Of a stretch of DNA of 64,000 nucleotides, positions 1-9,535 are shown piece by piece (positions within the stretch are counted from its first letter, which is position 1; each line of letters starts with the position of its first letter). The position numbers were made by a program, and so were the translations under genes. The DNA is taken from NCBI GenBank assembly GCA_963797555.1, contig CAWCPV010000007.1, forward strand, positions 512,001 to 576,000, given 5' to 3'. The notes under the pieces were generated by a model. That model was not told the DNA's origin. It saw only the letters and a list, made by a program, of their open reading frames with translations, and ran no database searches. The DNA is from an uncultured Gammaproteobacteria bacterium. GTDB taxonomy: Bacteria > Pseudomonadota > Gammaproteobacteria > CAWCPV01.

Positions 1-3
1 GAG

Positions 4-741
4 ATGAGTGCCGAGGAACTCGCGAAGCTCGCGCAGAACCCGGTCGGCAACCTGATCAGCGTGCCGTTCCAGAACAATACCAACCTCAACTTCGGGCCGG
101 AGAAGGGGACGCAGAACATCCTCAACATCCAGCCGGTGATTCCGATTTCGGTGAACAGCGAATGGAACATCATCACCCGCACCATTCTGCCGGTGATCTC
201 GATGCCGCCGCTCTACCCGGGCGATGACCGGACGAATGGCATCGGCGACACGGTCTTCACCGCGTTTCTGTCGCCGGCGAAGCCCGGGCACTGGATTTGG
301 GGCGCGGGGCCGGTCATCCAGCTTCCGACGAACAGCAACTCGGAGCTCGGCAACAAGAACTGGGGCCTGGGTCCGTCGTTCGTGGTGTTGCACCTCGAAC
401 ACGGCGATCCCTGGGTCTACGGAGTGTTGGTCAACAATATCTGGTCGCTCACCAGCGACCAGCAGGGCGGGTCGTACAACAACGGCCTGATCCAGCCGTT
501 CGTCAATTACAACTTCGAGGGCGGCCTTTATCTCACCAGCGCGCCGATCGCGACCGTCGACTGGAAGGCGGACAGCGGCCAGCGATGGACAGTGCCGCTG
601 GGCGGTGGCGTCGGCAAGATATTCCACCTCGGAAAGCTGCCGGTGAACACGCAATTGTCCGCATACTACAACGTGGTGACGCCCGATCTAGGAGCGAACT
701 GGCAGATTCGCGCGCAGGTGCAGCTCATGTTCCCGAAGTAG
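4..741 (+). CDS. Outer-membrane beta-barrel protein ('neuromedin U'-annotated/transporter-like family), possibly 5'-truncated by the window edge
   Basis: ELAKLAQNPVGNLISVPFQNN start, alternating aromatic beta-strands, C-terminal QLMFPK; no signal peptide visible. Confidence 0.7.
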   Translation: MSAEELAKLAQNPVGNLISVPFQNNTNLNFGPEKGTQNILNIQPVIPISVNSEWNIITRTILPVISMPPLYPGDDRTNGIGDTVFTAFLSPAKPGHWIWGAGPVIQLPTNSNSELGNKNWGLGPSFVVLHLEHGDPWVYGVLVNNIWSLTSDQQGGSYNNGLIQPFVNYNFEGGLYLTSAPIATVDWKADSGQRWTVPLGGGVGKIFHLGKLPVNTQLSAYYNVVTPDLGANWQIRAQVQLMFPK

Positions 742-769
742 CGCGCCCACGAGGCGAACACAACGGATC

Positions 770-2434
770 CCTGGATCCGTGACTTCGAGTTCTGGGCATC
801 CGGGGCACGGGATAATGGGAGGTATTCTCAGTTGAGTTGGTTAGTGTTTAGCCAACTGGCGACATCGGCTGTGCACAGCAGGCGTGGAACCTGGTCGGCG
901 CAGGAGTGATGGCGGGGCTTTGACCTTTTGGCGCTGAATTTCAGGCATAGGTTTACACCGGGGCCTGGTGAGGCCCGGGTCGAGTTTCTAGGGATGTCGT
1001 CCTAGCTACCCGAAGGCGAGTTGGTAATACACCTGCTCGAAGGCGCGAAAGCCGGGACAGAGCCGGCTGAAGCGCAGCTTCAGTCTGCGGGCGGTGGCGA
1101 CCAACCGGGCGGCGAGGTACATCAGTTCCTGGAGGACGGTCTTGATCCGCCGGCGCTTGGCCGGATGGCGCAGGGGAGCCGACTCGCCGGTCAGCCCGAT
1201 GAGTCCGATGAAGCGCAGGATGTTGTAGGCGAACACGGCAAAGGCGAGCACCAGGTCATTGGTGTCGAATTTCCCGGAGGGCAGCCGTTCGATATCGAGG
1301 TCGGTCTTGAACTCGCTGTGGAACTGCTCGGAGGTGCCGTGGTCACGGTACAGGGCGACAATCTCCGCGTCCGGATAGGCGAGCGAGGTCCACCAGCCAT
1401 CGATCTCCAGCTCCGGTACCAACAGCGCCTGGCCCTTCTTGTCGATGGTGCGCTCGGTCACCCGCATCACCCGGCGAACGTGGTAGGTGTGCTCCCGATG
1501 GGGGTGCTCCTCGACGACGCTGAACAGCGCCACGCGCTTGCCGGGTCGGGGTGTCTCCCATGCCCCTTGGCGCTCGGCGCGCTCCAGCCAATGGGCAGGG
1601 TCCTCGCCCCGAGGGTTCCACTGGATAATGAAGTCCACCTCCTCTTCGAGGTAGCGCAGCCGGTTCTCCAAGGCGTCGTGGGCGCTGTCCTGGCGCACCA
1701 GCAGCGGCAGTTTGGTCAGGCGCCTGGCCCGCGGCAGGATGCGCTCCCAGACCTAGCCGAATTCCTTCTGACTGTGCTGCTTGCCTTCTCGCAGCTCACA
1801 GCCGACGCACCACCCTTCGGTTCCCACGTAGGTCGCGATCGGCGCATAACCGTCATAGCCGTGGTAGGTGCGCGAGACTCCTTCTTGCTTGGTCCCGGAG
1901 TTGTCCATGGGAAAGACATCGATGTCCACCGGCACATGACCGGTCTTGAGCGCACTGACCGGCGCCTTGGCGTTGACCATGAACTCGATATCGGCCTCGT
2001 CAATGACCTCCCGCAGGACCGCTGCGTGCTCGTCGAGACGCTGCCTCAGCGTTTCTGGCGAGGGTACCCGCTCCAGCCCCAACGCCTGGCGGAAGAAATC
2101 GTCCTCTCGGACGTTGGAGACCGCTTCGAAGTCGCTCTTGCCCAAACACATCAACCCCAGATAGCTCTTGGCTACGTCTTCATGGGAGATGCCGTGGCGT
2201 AGCGGGATGGCCTGCTTCAGCGCCTTGCCCAGGCCGCTGAAGCGGTTGACGCAAAGACCGACCAAGGCCAGACCAGAATGGGAGGTGTAGAATTCTTCGT
2301 CGGACTGCTCCAGGATGAACCGCTTCATCGTTCACCTGCCGGGTGAGTGGGCGTGCGGGCCGATTTTACCCGAACTGCCACGATAAATCAGCAGGTTGCA
2401 GCCACCCGCTAAGACGCGAAGTCACGGAATCAGG
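770..2434 (-). mobile_element. IS1380-family insertion sequence (1665 bp)
   Basis: Terminal IRs CCTGGATCCGTGACTTCG (770-787) and CGAAGTCACGGAATCAGG (2417-2434), 16/18 match; GGATC direct repeat at 765-769 and 2435-2439. Confidence 0.9.
1006..2328 (-). pseudogene. IS1380-family DDE transposase with one in-frame amber stop (1753-1755)
   Basis: ORFs 1753-2328 and 1006-1698 share a frame (EFG*VWERILPRA...VRQDSAHD); motifs DIDVFPMDNSGTKQEGVSRTYHGYDGYAP and YRDHGTSEQFHSEFKTDLD. Confidence 0.88.
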
Positions 2435-2442
2435 GGATCCTG

Positions 2443-2650
2443 ATGCCAGGAAAGATGACATGGCATGCGAAGTTCCTGGCCTTTCTGTGAGCCGCCATCC
2501 CGTGGGTTCCGGCGCTTGCATTCGCTGCAGACAGGAAGCCGAACGATCCTGAGATCATCCGGGCGGACAACGTCGGCTGGTTACAACGGCAGCGCATACA
2601 ACCTCGGCGTGATGGGCTACCGGACACCGAGCGCATCGCCGCGGACAAGC
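2443..2650 (+). pseudogene. Degraded arylsulfatase N-terminus
   Basis: Across shifting frames reads AADRKPN..I..ADNVGW.YNGSAYNLGVMGYRTP..ERIA, resembling the sulfatase KPNIL..DD.GW..SAYN.GMMGY.TPNIDRIA start. Confidence 0.6.
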
Positions 2651-3099
2651 CCGCGGCATACCCGACCGAGCATGGCTACCGCTGCTGACCCAACGTTTCG
2701 CGCCACGGATGGTGGACGGAATCCGCGAAGAAGGATTCCGGGGGCGCCGGCCGCTGGAAGTCTCCCATGCGCTGCGACGGGGGTGGATCGCGCTACCGCA
2801 ACACCGGGACGGTCAGGACGAGTGTAGTCCTCTGCTCCACGCTTCGGCCATCCGCACCGATATGAGGGTCTCGAGGAGGCGGAACGCCAGCTTGCTCACC
2901 ATATCCGTGGCGTCGATGGAATACCGCTATCCGTGACGCTTGACTGCGAACATCGACTGCTCGGGGCGCTGCTTCGAGCTACGGATGCGGTCCTCTGTCC
3001 GGCCGCTCTCGTCGGTGGCAGCCGCGGGGCCAACCCCGACTGGATGTGCTCCTCGGGCACTTCCAGAGAGTCCGCTGCGATGCTGAAGAGATCGTAGAC

Positions 3100-3240
3100 C
3101 GTGCCAGATTGATGCTGGATCGGGACGACGCCCAGGAAAGCTGCAGCCTGTTTGGCGGAGTGGAAACGGTGGGTGAAAAACAGGGCGAGAAACCAGGCCG
3201 AGAGCTTGGGGCGGCAAGGATGCTCCCCTTTGTCGGATAG
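3100..3240 (-). pseudogene. IS110-family transposase fragment
   Basis: RFHSAKQAAAFLGVVPIQHQSG matches the IS110 C-terminal domain motif. Confidence 0.6.
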
Positions 3241-3288
3241 CCAGACTCGGCCACGGATTTCGGTACCGTTGCCTCCGGGACTATTCGA

Positions 3289-3317
3289 TTGACGGTATAT
3301 ATGGATGTCGGTATATT
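3289..3317 (+). promoter_or_regulatory. sigma70 promoter of the ars operon with overlapping probable ArsR operator
   Basis: TTGACG-17 bp-TATATT; imperfect palindrome ATATATGGATGTCGGTATAT just upstream of arsR. Confidence 0.65.
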
Positions 3318-3324
3318 GACCGTC

Positions 3325-3681
3325 ATGGCATTGCATCCCGAGGTCTTTTACCAAGCACTTGCAGACCTGACGCGCCTGCGCTGTCTTCTGCTTTTGGAAT
3401 CGGAACAGGGGCTCTGCGTCTGCGAGCTGACCTATGCATTGAGGGTGCCCCAGCCCAAGATCTCCCGCCACCTCGCCCAGTTGCGGGAAGCCGGAATCGT
3501 GCGCGACCGGCGCCAGGGGCTGTGGGTCTACTACCGCCTGCATCCAGATCTGCCGGCCTGGGCACGTGCCGTGCTGGCTGAAACTGCCGCGGGCGTGGCG
3601 GGGGAGCTGCCGTTTGCCGAGGACCGCGCTGCGCTCCGGGAGATGCCGAACCGACCCCAAGGGCGCTGCTGCGTCGCCTGA
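3325..3681 (+). CDS. arsR: ArsR/SmtB arsenic-responsive repressor
   Basis: LCVCEL metal site, QPKISRHLAQLREAG helix-turn-helix, C-terminal CC; first gene of the ars cluster. Confidence 0.92.
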   Translation: MALHPEVFYQALADLTRLRCLLLLESEQGLCVCELTYALRVPQPKISRHLAQLREAGIVRDRRQGLWVYYRLHPDLPAWARAVLAETAAGVAGELPFAEDRAALREMPNRPQGRCCVA

Positions 3682-3715
3682 CATAGTCCTGACCATCCCT
3701 TGCCAGGAGTTGCTC

Positions 3716-4246
3716 ATGAGCGGTAACAAGGTCTACAACGTCCTCTTCCTGTGCACCGGGAACACTGCCCGCAGCATCCTGGGCGAGTGCCTGATCAATC
3801 GCTGGGGCGGGGGGAGGTTTCGGGGCTTCAGTGCGGGCAGCCACCCCAAGGGCTATGTCCACCCCCTGACCTTGGAGCTGCTGAGGCGCTTAGATTTCGA
3901 CGCCAGTGGTCTACGCAGCAAGGACTGGGCCGAGTTCGCGGAGCCGGGCGCGCCCCGGATGGATTTCGTGTTCACAGTCTGCGACAAGGCGGCTGCCGAG
4001 GTCTGCCCGATATGGCCGGGCCAGCCCATCACAGCCCACTGGGGGGTGCCCGACCCAGCCGCCGTCGAGGGTGATGAGATCACCCGTCTCAACGCGTTCC
4101 GCCGCACCTTTCGAGAGCTAGAGAACCGTATCAAGATCTTCGTGAGCCTCCCCATCGCCGCGCTGGACCGCCTCAAGCTTAAGCGGGAGCTCGATCGCAT
4201 CGGGCAGGCCAAGCTAGACGACAGCGACGGCGGAACGGCTCCATGA
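3716..4246 (+). CDS. arsC: Arsenate reductase, LMW-PTP fold
   Basis: VLFLCTGNTARS P-loop, TVCDKAAAEVCPIWPG, HWGVPDP; AGGAG RBS. Confidence 0.92.
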   Translation: MSGNKVYNVLFLCTGNTARSILGECLINRWGGGRFRGFSAGSHPKGYVHPLTLELLRRLDFDASGLRSKDWAEFAEPGAPRMDFVFTVCDKAAAEVCPIWPGQPITAHWGVPDPAAVEGDEITRLNAFRRTFRELENRIKIFVSLPIAALDRLKLKRELDRIGQAKLDDSDGGTAP

Positions 4247-5376
4247 GCGCGCAATCCGAAGTCACCGCGAAGAAGGCATCGAGTGCCCGCATGGGCGTCT
4301 TCGAGCGCTACCTCACCGTGTGGGTGTTCTTGTGCATCCTGGCCGGGATCGGCCTGGGCCATCTCTTCCCCGGCGCTTTCCAGGCCGTGGGGAGGCTGGA
4401 GCTCGCCCGCATCAACCTACCCGTGGCGCTGCTCATCTGGCTCATGATCATCCCCATGCTGCTGAAGATCGACCTCAAGGCGCTCAGGGGCGTGGCCCAG
4501 CACTGGCGCGGAGTGGGGGTGACGCTGCTCGTCAACTGGGGCGTGAAGCCGTTCTCGATGGCGCTGCTCGCCTGGCTGTTCATCGGCGGGCTGTTCCGCG
4601 GCTACCTGCCCGCGGGGCAGATCGACTCCTACATCGCCGGCCTCATACTGCTGGCCGCCGCCCCCTGCACCGCCATGGTGTTCGTCTGGAGCCACCTGTC
4701 ACGCGGGGAGCCGCATTTCACGCTCTCCCAGGTGGCGCTGAACAACGTCATCATGGTGTTCGCCTTCGCACCGATCGTGGGGCTGCTGCTGGGGCTCTCC
4801 AGCATCAGCGTGCCCTGGGACACCCTGCTGCTCTCGGTGGCCCTTTACATCGTCGCACCCCTGGCAGTGGCCAGCCTCTGGCGCCGCTCCCTGTTGAACC
4901 ACGAACAAGGCTACGCCCGGCTCGACCGGCTGCTGAAGATCTTGCACCCGCTCTCGCTCTCGGCTCTGCTCGTAACGCTGGTGCTGCTGTTCGGGTTTCA
5001 GGGCGAGCAGATCGTGGCCCAGCCGCTCATCATCGCGCTGCTCGCGGTGCCCATCCTGATCCAGGTGTTCTTCAACGCGGGGCTCGCCTATCTGCTCAAC
5101 CGGGCGGTGCGCTCGCCCCACTGTGTGGCCGGTCCCTCGGCCCTCATCGGCGCGAGCAACTTCTTCGAGCTGGCGGTCGCGACAGCCATTGCGCTGTTCG
5201 GCTTCGAGTCCGGCGCCGCGCTTGCCACGGTCGTGGGCGTGCTCATTGAAGTGCCAGTGATGCTCGCGGCGGTGGGGGTGGTGAACAGGACCCGCGCGTG
5301 GTATGAGCGCCGCGACGGCGTGGTGCCGTACGAAGTGTGCTGTCCGGCGGACCTGCGCCTGCACGCCGGGCATTGA
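4243..5376 (+). CDS. acr3: ACR3-family arsenite efflux permease
   Basis: FERYLTVWV, AAAPCTAMVFVWS, GASNFFELAVA, VGVLIEVPVML. Confidence 0.95.
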   Translation: MSAQSEVTAKKASSARMGVFERYLTVWVFLCILAGIGLGHLFPGAFQAVGRLELARINLPVALLIWLMIIPMLLKIDLKALRGVAQHWRGVGVTLLVNWGVKPFSMALLAWLFIGGLFRGYLPAGQIDSYIAGLILLAAAPCTAMVFVWSHLSRGEPHFTLSQVALNNVIMVFAFAPIVGLLLGLSSISVPWDTLLLSVALYIVAPLAVASLWRRSLLNHEQGYARLDRLLKILHPLSLSALLVTLVLLFGFQGEQIVAQPLIIALLAVPILIQVFFNAGLAYLLNRAVRSPHCVAGPSALIGASNFFELAVATAIALFGFESGAALATVVGVLIEVPVMLAAVGVVNRTRAWYERRDGVVPYEVCCPADLRLHAGH

Positions 5377-5408
5377 ACCCATTATGGGTAATCGGAGGCA
5401 ATGAAGCC

Positions 5409-6074
5409 ATGAAGCAGGAACAGATCACCGCCATGCGCGAGTTCGGCGCCAAGGGTCGGGCCTTCGGCGATCTCTGGGACACGTTCCTGGAGTCCGCCTT
5501 CTTCATCCACGGCCACATCTGCGGCGGCATGCCGCTCGGCTTCCGCGCCGCGCGCAAGGCGCTGGAGGCGCTGGGTGCGGAGCGCGAGCTCAACATGGCG
5601 AAGCTCGCGTTCGTGGAGACGGGCACCGGCCACGCCGCGGGCTGCTTCGCTGACGGCGTGCAACTGGGCACGGGTTGCACCTTCGGCAAGGGACTCATCG
5701 AGCGCACCCAGTACGGCAAGTGGGCACTCACTCTGGTGGACCGTGACAGCGGCAAGGCCGTGCGCGTGTCCGTGCGCCCCGAGGTCATCCAGGCTTCCTT
5801 CCAGTCGCCCTTCGTGCAGCAGCGCAAGCAGGGTGTGCCCCCGACCGAGGTTCCGCTGGAGCTGAGCAAGCCGCTGGTGGAGAAGCTGCTCGCGCGCAGC
5901 GCCGCGGAGCTGTTCAGCGTCTCGGAGGTCTTCGACTATGCGCCGCCGCCGCGCCAGCCGGCGACCTTCAACCTCGTCACCTGCAGCACCTGCGGCGAGG
6001 CGGTGGCAGAGAACAAGGTCCGCATCAAGGACGGCCGGCCGGTGTGCATCCCGTGCTCGGGCTACGGCGGCTGA
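5409..6074 (+). CDS. FmdE-family protein with C-terminal zinc finger
   Basis: HGHICGGMPLGFRA, CFADGVQLGTGCTFGKG, C-terminal CSTCGE...CIPC. Confidence 0.85.
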   Translation: MKQEQITAMREFGAKGRAFGDLWDTFLESAFFIHGHICGGMPLGFRAARKALEALGAERELNMAKLAFVETGTGHAAGCFADGVQLGTGCTFGKGLIERTQYGKWALTLVDRDSGKAVRVSVRPEVIQASFQSPFVQQRKQGVPPTEVPLELSKPLVEKLLARSAAELFSVSEVFDYAPPPRQPATFNLVTCSTCGEAVAENKVRIKDGRPVCIPCSGYGG

Positions 6075-6077
6075 GGC

Positions 6078-6857
6078 ATGACCGCTGCGCCAGAGACCTA
6101 CGTCCTGGCGACCGCGCTGGTGTTCGTCGTCTCGGCGGTGTTCGCGGCCCTGGGGCTCGGCGGCGGCATGCTCTATGTCCCCATCCTCAAATGGCTGGGG
6201 CTGCCGCTCAAGACCGCTGCCATCCCGCTCGGCCTGCTCCTGAACGGCCTCAACACCCTACTCGCCTTCCTGCGCTACGCACGCGAAGGTTTGGTGGACT
6301 TCCGCGGCGGGGCGCCGGCGGCCGTGGCGGCGCTCCTGACCGCGCCGCTCGGTGCTTACTGCGTGCGTTACCTGCCGCGCAATATGCTGATTGCACTGTT
6401 CGCCCTGATGGTAGCGCTCGCGGGGCTACGCAGCCTCGCCGGCCGCAAGCCGGCCATGCGGGTCTTGTCGGGGTTGAAACGCCTCGGGATCGGAGGGGGG
6501 ACCGGTGCCGCCGCCGGCTTTCTCGGCGGGCTGCTCGGCATCGGCGGGGGGTTTCTCATCGCCCCGGTGCTCATGGATCTCGGCTACGAACCCAAGCAGG
6601 CCGCCGGCACCACCGCCTTCGTAGTGACCTTCTCCTCGTTCTCGGGTTTCCTGGGGCACGCTTTCGGGGCGCTGCCGCCGCTGCGGCTCCTACTGCTTAC
6701 GGTGTTCGCGGTGATTGTGGGATCGCAGCTCGGGGCCTGGTTCATGGCGCGCAAGGCGCAGCCGCAGTGGGTGCGGGCGGCTTATGGGGTGCTGCTCCTC
6801 GGGGTGGCCGTGAGGCTCGGCTGGGAGCTTCTCGCGCCGCGGCTTCTGGGAGGATGA
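6078..6857 (+). CDS. TauE/SafE sulfite exporter-family membrane protein
   Basis: Duplicated GLGGG/GIGGGF motifs, hydrophobic, AAGTT motif. Confidence 0.85.
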   Translation: MTAAPETYVLATALVFVVSAVFAALGLGGGMLYVPILKWLGLPLKTAAIPLGLLLNGLNTLLAFLRYAREGLVDFRGGAPAAVAALLTAPLGAYCVRYLPRNMLIALFALMVALAGLRSLAGRKPAMRVLSGLKRLGIGGGTGAAAGFLGGLLGIGGGFLIAPVLMDLGYEPKQAAGTTAFVVTFSSFSGFLGHAFGALPPLRLLLLTVFAVIVGSQLGAWFMARKAQPQWVRAAYGVLLLGVAVRLGWELLAPRLLGG

Positions 6858-7079
6858 GATGCAAGCCCATCTTGAGTTCCGTGCTCACCTGTCCGCACTG
6901 CGGCGTGCGCACCGAGGAGACCATGCCCGACGGACGCCTGCCAGTGGTTCTACGAATGCGCTGGTTGCGGGCGGCTGCTGCGGCCCAAGCCGGGCGACTG
7001 CTGCGTGTTCTGCTCCTATGGCAGTGCGCCCTGCCCCCCGATGCAGCAGGAGCTGACCCATGTTCGAGATCCTCGCTAA
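6854..7079 (+). CDS. GDCCVxC-domain small Cys-rich protein (one frameshift near 6926)
   Basis: LTCPHCG..EETMP, then in a shifted frame TDACQWFYECAGCGRLLRPKPGDCCVFCSYGSAPCPP; ATGA overlap with the TauE stop. Confidence 0.8.
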
Positions 7080-7551
7080 CCGCCTCGTCTATCAGGCGTT
7101 GGGCTAGGACCCACAGAGCATAGCGGGGGCGGCGTTACACTTCTTGGTCATGGGACGTCACCAGATCCTGGTGTTGCTGACCGCGGTTATCTACACGACC
7201 AAGTGTACTCCTACGCAGCGTACACGTTGGATCATCCCGGAATGGCGGAGCATCCCTGTGCCGAAGGCGGCGTTCAACTGGACGCCGAGGTAGCCCATCA
7301 CCTTGGTGAAGACCAGGCTCCTGGCGATGGGTCCGATGTCCATGTAGAGCATCCGGGGCGGCCGAGGCGAATGCCTGGCTGATGCGCTTCCTGACCCGCA
7401 GTGACGGGGGTCCAGGAATGAGCCGTGCAAAAGGGAAGCCTTTTGCGCGGTTTGTTGTTGATCTTTAAGACGTTGATTTATTTAATGCTCGAAGCGAGCA
7501 AAAGGGTCTGGCACGGATACGGATAACGGGCACGGACCCGACGGCGGCAAG

Positions 7552-7836
7552 TCATTTCTTCATTTCCTCCTGCTTCATCTTTTCGTCCATGACGGCTTCT
7601 TTCTTCATGGCGTGCGCTTTAACGTCACCTTTCTTCATATCTTTTCTGGCCATGCCGGTCGGCATCGGTTGGTTCATGTTCATGGGCTGTTGCGATTCGG
7701 TCCGTGTCATCTTGTTCAACTCGATGTCGCCCGCATCGGTTTGGCCGGGCGCCGGCGGCGTGTTCTTCTCGGCGGCGAGCGACGGCAGAGGCCACGCCAG
7801 CGCCAGGACGAGCGCGGCGATGAAGCGTTTTTTCAT
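7552..7836 (-). CDS. Secreted methionine-rich small protein (MXKDX/MrpX-like)
   Basis: Signal peptide MKKRFIAALVLALAWPLPSLA; Met/Lys-rich mature part; directly downstream of the MsrP-like gene. Confidence 0.75.
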   Translation of the reverse strand: MKKRFIAALVLALAWPLPSLAAEKNTPPAPGQTDAGDIELNKMTRTESQQPMNMNQPMPTGMARKDMKKGDVKAHAMKKEAVMDEKMKQEEMKK

Positions 7837-7844
7837 GCCGTGCC

Positions 7845-8606
7845 TCACAAGCCGGAGAACCAGTTGTAACCCATGTCCTCCCAGTAGCCGCCCGGGTAGA
7901 CGTTGGTGACGAAGATTTCCGCGATATGTTTCGGGTTCTTGAAACCGAGCTTGGTGGGAATCCGCAGCTTCATGGGGAAGCCATACTTGGCGGGCAATAT
8001 CTCGTCGGCGTACTTGAAGGTCAATTGCGTCTGCGGGTGCAGCGCAGTGGCCATGTCGATGCTGGTGTAATAGTAGTCGAGGCAGCGGAAACCGACGTAT
8101 CTGGCCGACAGGTCGGCGCCGACGCGCTCGAGGAAGTAGCGGAACGGCACTCCGCTCCATTTGCCGATGGCGCTCCAGCCCTCGACGCACACGTGGCGGG
8201 TGATCTGCGACACCTGGGGTAGGGCGTAGAGCTGCGGCAGCGACCAGGGTTTTCGGTCGCGGATCAGGCCGCCGAGCATCAGCCGGTATCGCGCGGCGTC
8301 GACCCGGGGGACCTCGTCTTCGGCGTAATAGGCGTTGAACGGAAACGGCTTGGTGATCGCGCTTTCCGGGTAGACCGGCGCGAGCTTGTCGGGATTGAAC
8401 AGCCAGCCTTGCACGCGGTCGTTCCATTTCGACATGGCCCACAGCGTCTTATGCACCGCGTTGACGTCGGTGACGTCACATCCGGTGAGCAACGCCAGGG
8501 CCCCGAGGCTCAGCGAACGCTTGAGGAACAGCCGGCGCTCGATGAGCTGGATTTGTTTCGGGGGAACGGTCGCGAGAGCGGTGTAGCGGCGCGGGCGTTG
8601 CTTCAT
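7845..8606 (-). CDS. Molybdopterin-dependent oxidoreductase, sulfite oxidase/MsrP-like
   Basis: Tat-like RRLFLK plus LLTGC lipobox, HVCVEGWSAIGKWSG, YGFPMKLRIPTKLGFKNPK, GGYWEDMGYNWFSG. Confidence 0.88.
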   Translation of the reverse strand: MKQRPRRYTALATVPPKQIQLIERRLFLKRSLSLGALALLTGCDVTDVNAVHKTLWAMSKWNDRVQGWLFNPDKLAPVYPESAITKPFPFNAYYAEDEVPRVDAARYRLMLGGLIRDRKPWSLPQLYALPQVSQITRHVCVEGWSAIGKWSGVPFRYFLERVGADLSARYVGFRCLDYYYTSIDMATALHPQTQLTFKYADEILPAKYGFPMKLRIPTKLGFKNPKHIAEIFVTNVYPGGYWEDMGYNWFSGL

Positions 8607-9262
8607 GTTGCTGTCGTGCCTTCCGGCAACGTGGAATCGCGCGGTGCGCGGCCGGTGAATATGGGCGGGAGCGTGCTCGGCACCAGGACCACCAGGGTGA
8701 GGTGGATCACGATGAAGCCGACGACGCCGGCCATGGCGAAAAAGTGCACCAAGCGCGCGCCTTCGTATCCGCCCATCAGCGCGGCCAAGCCCTGGAACTG
8801 CACCGGTTTCCAGATGCTGAGCCCGGACAGCACCAACACCACGCCGAGCAGGATGACCACGACGTAGGCCAACTTCTGTATCGCGTTGTAACTGCCGAGG
8901 CGATGTGAAAGGTGCCCGCGCAGCAGGTTGCCGAATTCGCGCGCGATGGCGCGCGGCGTGAGCGGGAAGAAGTTGTGCCGATAATGGCCGGAGAAAATGC
9001 CATAAAGCACGTACACGACGCCGTTCGTCACCAGCAGCCACATCGCCGCGAAATGCCATTGCAGCGCGCCGGCGAGCCAGCCGCCCAGGGTCAGGCTGTC
9101 CGGAAATTGAAAGGGGAACAGCGGCGAGGCGTCGTAGATGCGCCACCCGCTCAGAATCATGACGAAGATCGCGAACGCGTTGACCCAGTGGCCGATGCGC
9201 ACCGCTAGCGGGTGGATCACGGCGCGCGGTGGTTCAGGCGGATGGTCGACGTCAGACTCCAT
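8603..9262 (-). CDS. Cytochrome b/b6-domain membrane partner
   Basis: VRIGHWVNA, QWHFAAMW, YNAIQKLAY, ARLVHF, FIVIHL heme-ligand histidines. Confidence 0.85.
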   Translation of the reverse strand: MESDVDHPPEPPRAVIHPLAVRIGHWVNAFAIFVMILSGWRIYDASPLFPFQFPDSLTLGGWLAGALQWHFAAMWLLVTNGVVYVLYGIFSGHYRHNFFPLTPRAIAREFGNLLRGHLSHRLGSYNAIQKLAYVVVILLGVVLVLSGLSIWKPVQFQGLAALMGGYEGARLVHFFAMAGVVGFIVIHLTLVVLVPSTLPPIFTGRAPRDSTLPEGTTAT

Positions 9263-9334
9263 TGACGCTCTCCGATCTGACCGCGTAACGGGTCAGGCAG
9301 GCAACACAATAGGACGGTCACGCGTGAAATGCCA

Positions 9335-9535
9335 TGTATAGCTCCGATTTCTCTGGACACGAGGAGAAGTGATACTTGAAGTGTCGTGCAGAGGAGATCG
9401 GAGATGACCAAGAAGTCTGCGTTGAGCGGAGAGCAGCGTTCGCAGCTTGTGTTGCGGCTCTTGAGCAAGGAAGAACCGGCGGCCCAGATCGCGCGCCGGG
9501 CTGGGGTGTCGGAGCAGAGCCTGTACCGCTGGCGT
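9335..9535 (+). mobile_element. IS3-family left end and truncated OrfA
   Basis: TG-starting end TGTATAGCTCCGATTTCTCTGGACAC; ORF from 9404 with AAQIARRAGVSEQSLYRWRE HTH, cut at 9536. Confidence 0.6.

Noticed and set aside
1753-1755. Amber codon as evidence of genetic-code reassignment
   Set aside because: TAG terminates many intact genes in this window (e.g. 741, 16649, 25192, 51509)
2810-3100. Minus-strand stop-interrupted peptide (IRSSKQRPEQSMFAVK..SIDATDMVSKLAFRLL) suggesting another pseudogene
   Set aside because: Cannot be assigned to a family from the sequence alone
7465-7520. IHF-like site (TAAGACGTTGATT) and TGGCAC sigma54 -24 element
   Set aside because: The -12 TTGC element is absent and there is no downstream gene on that strand
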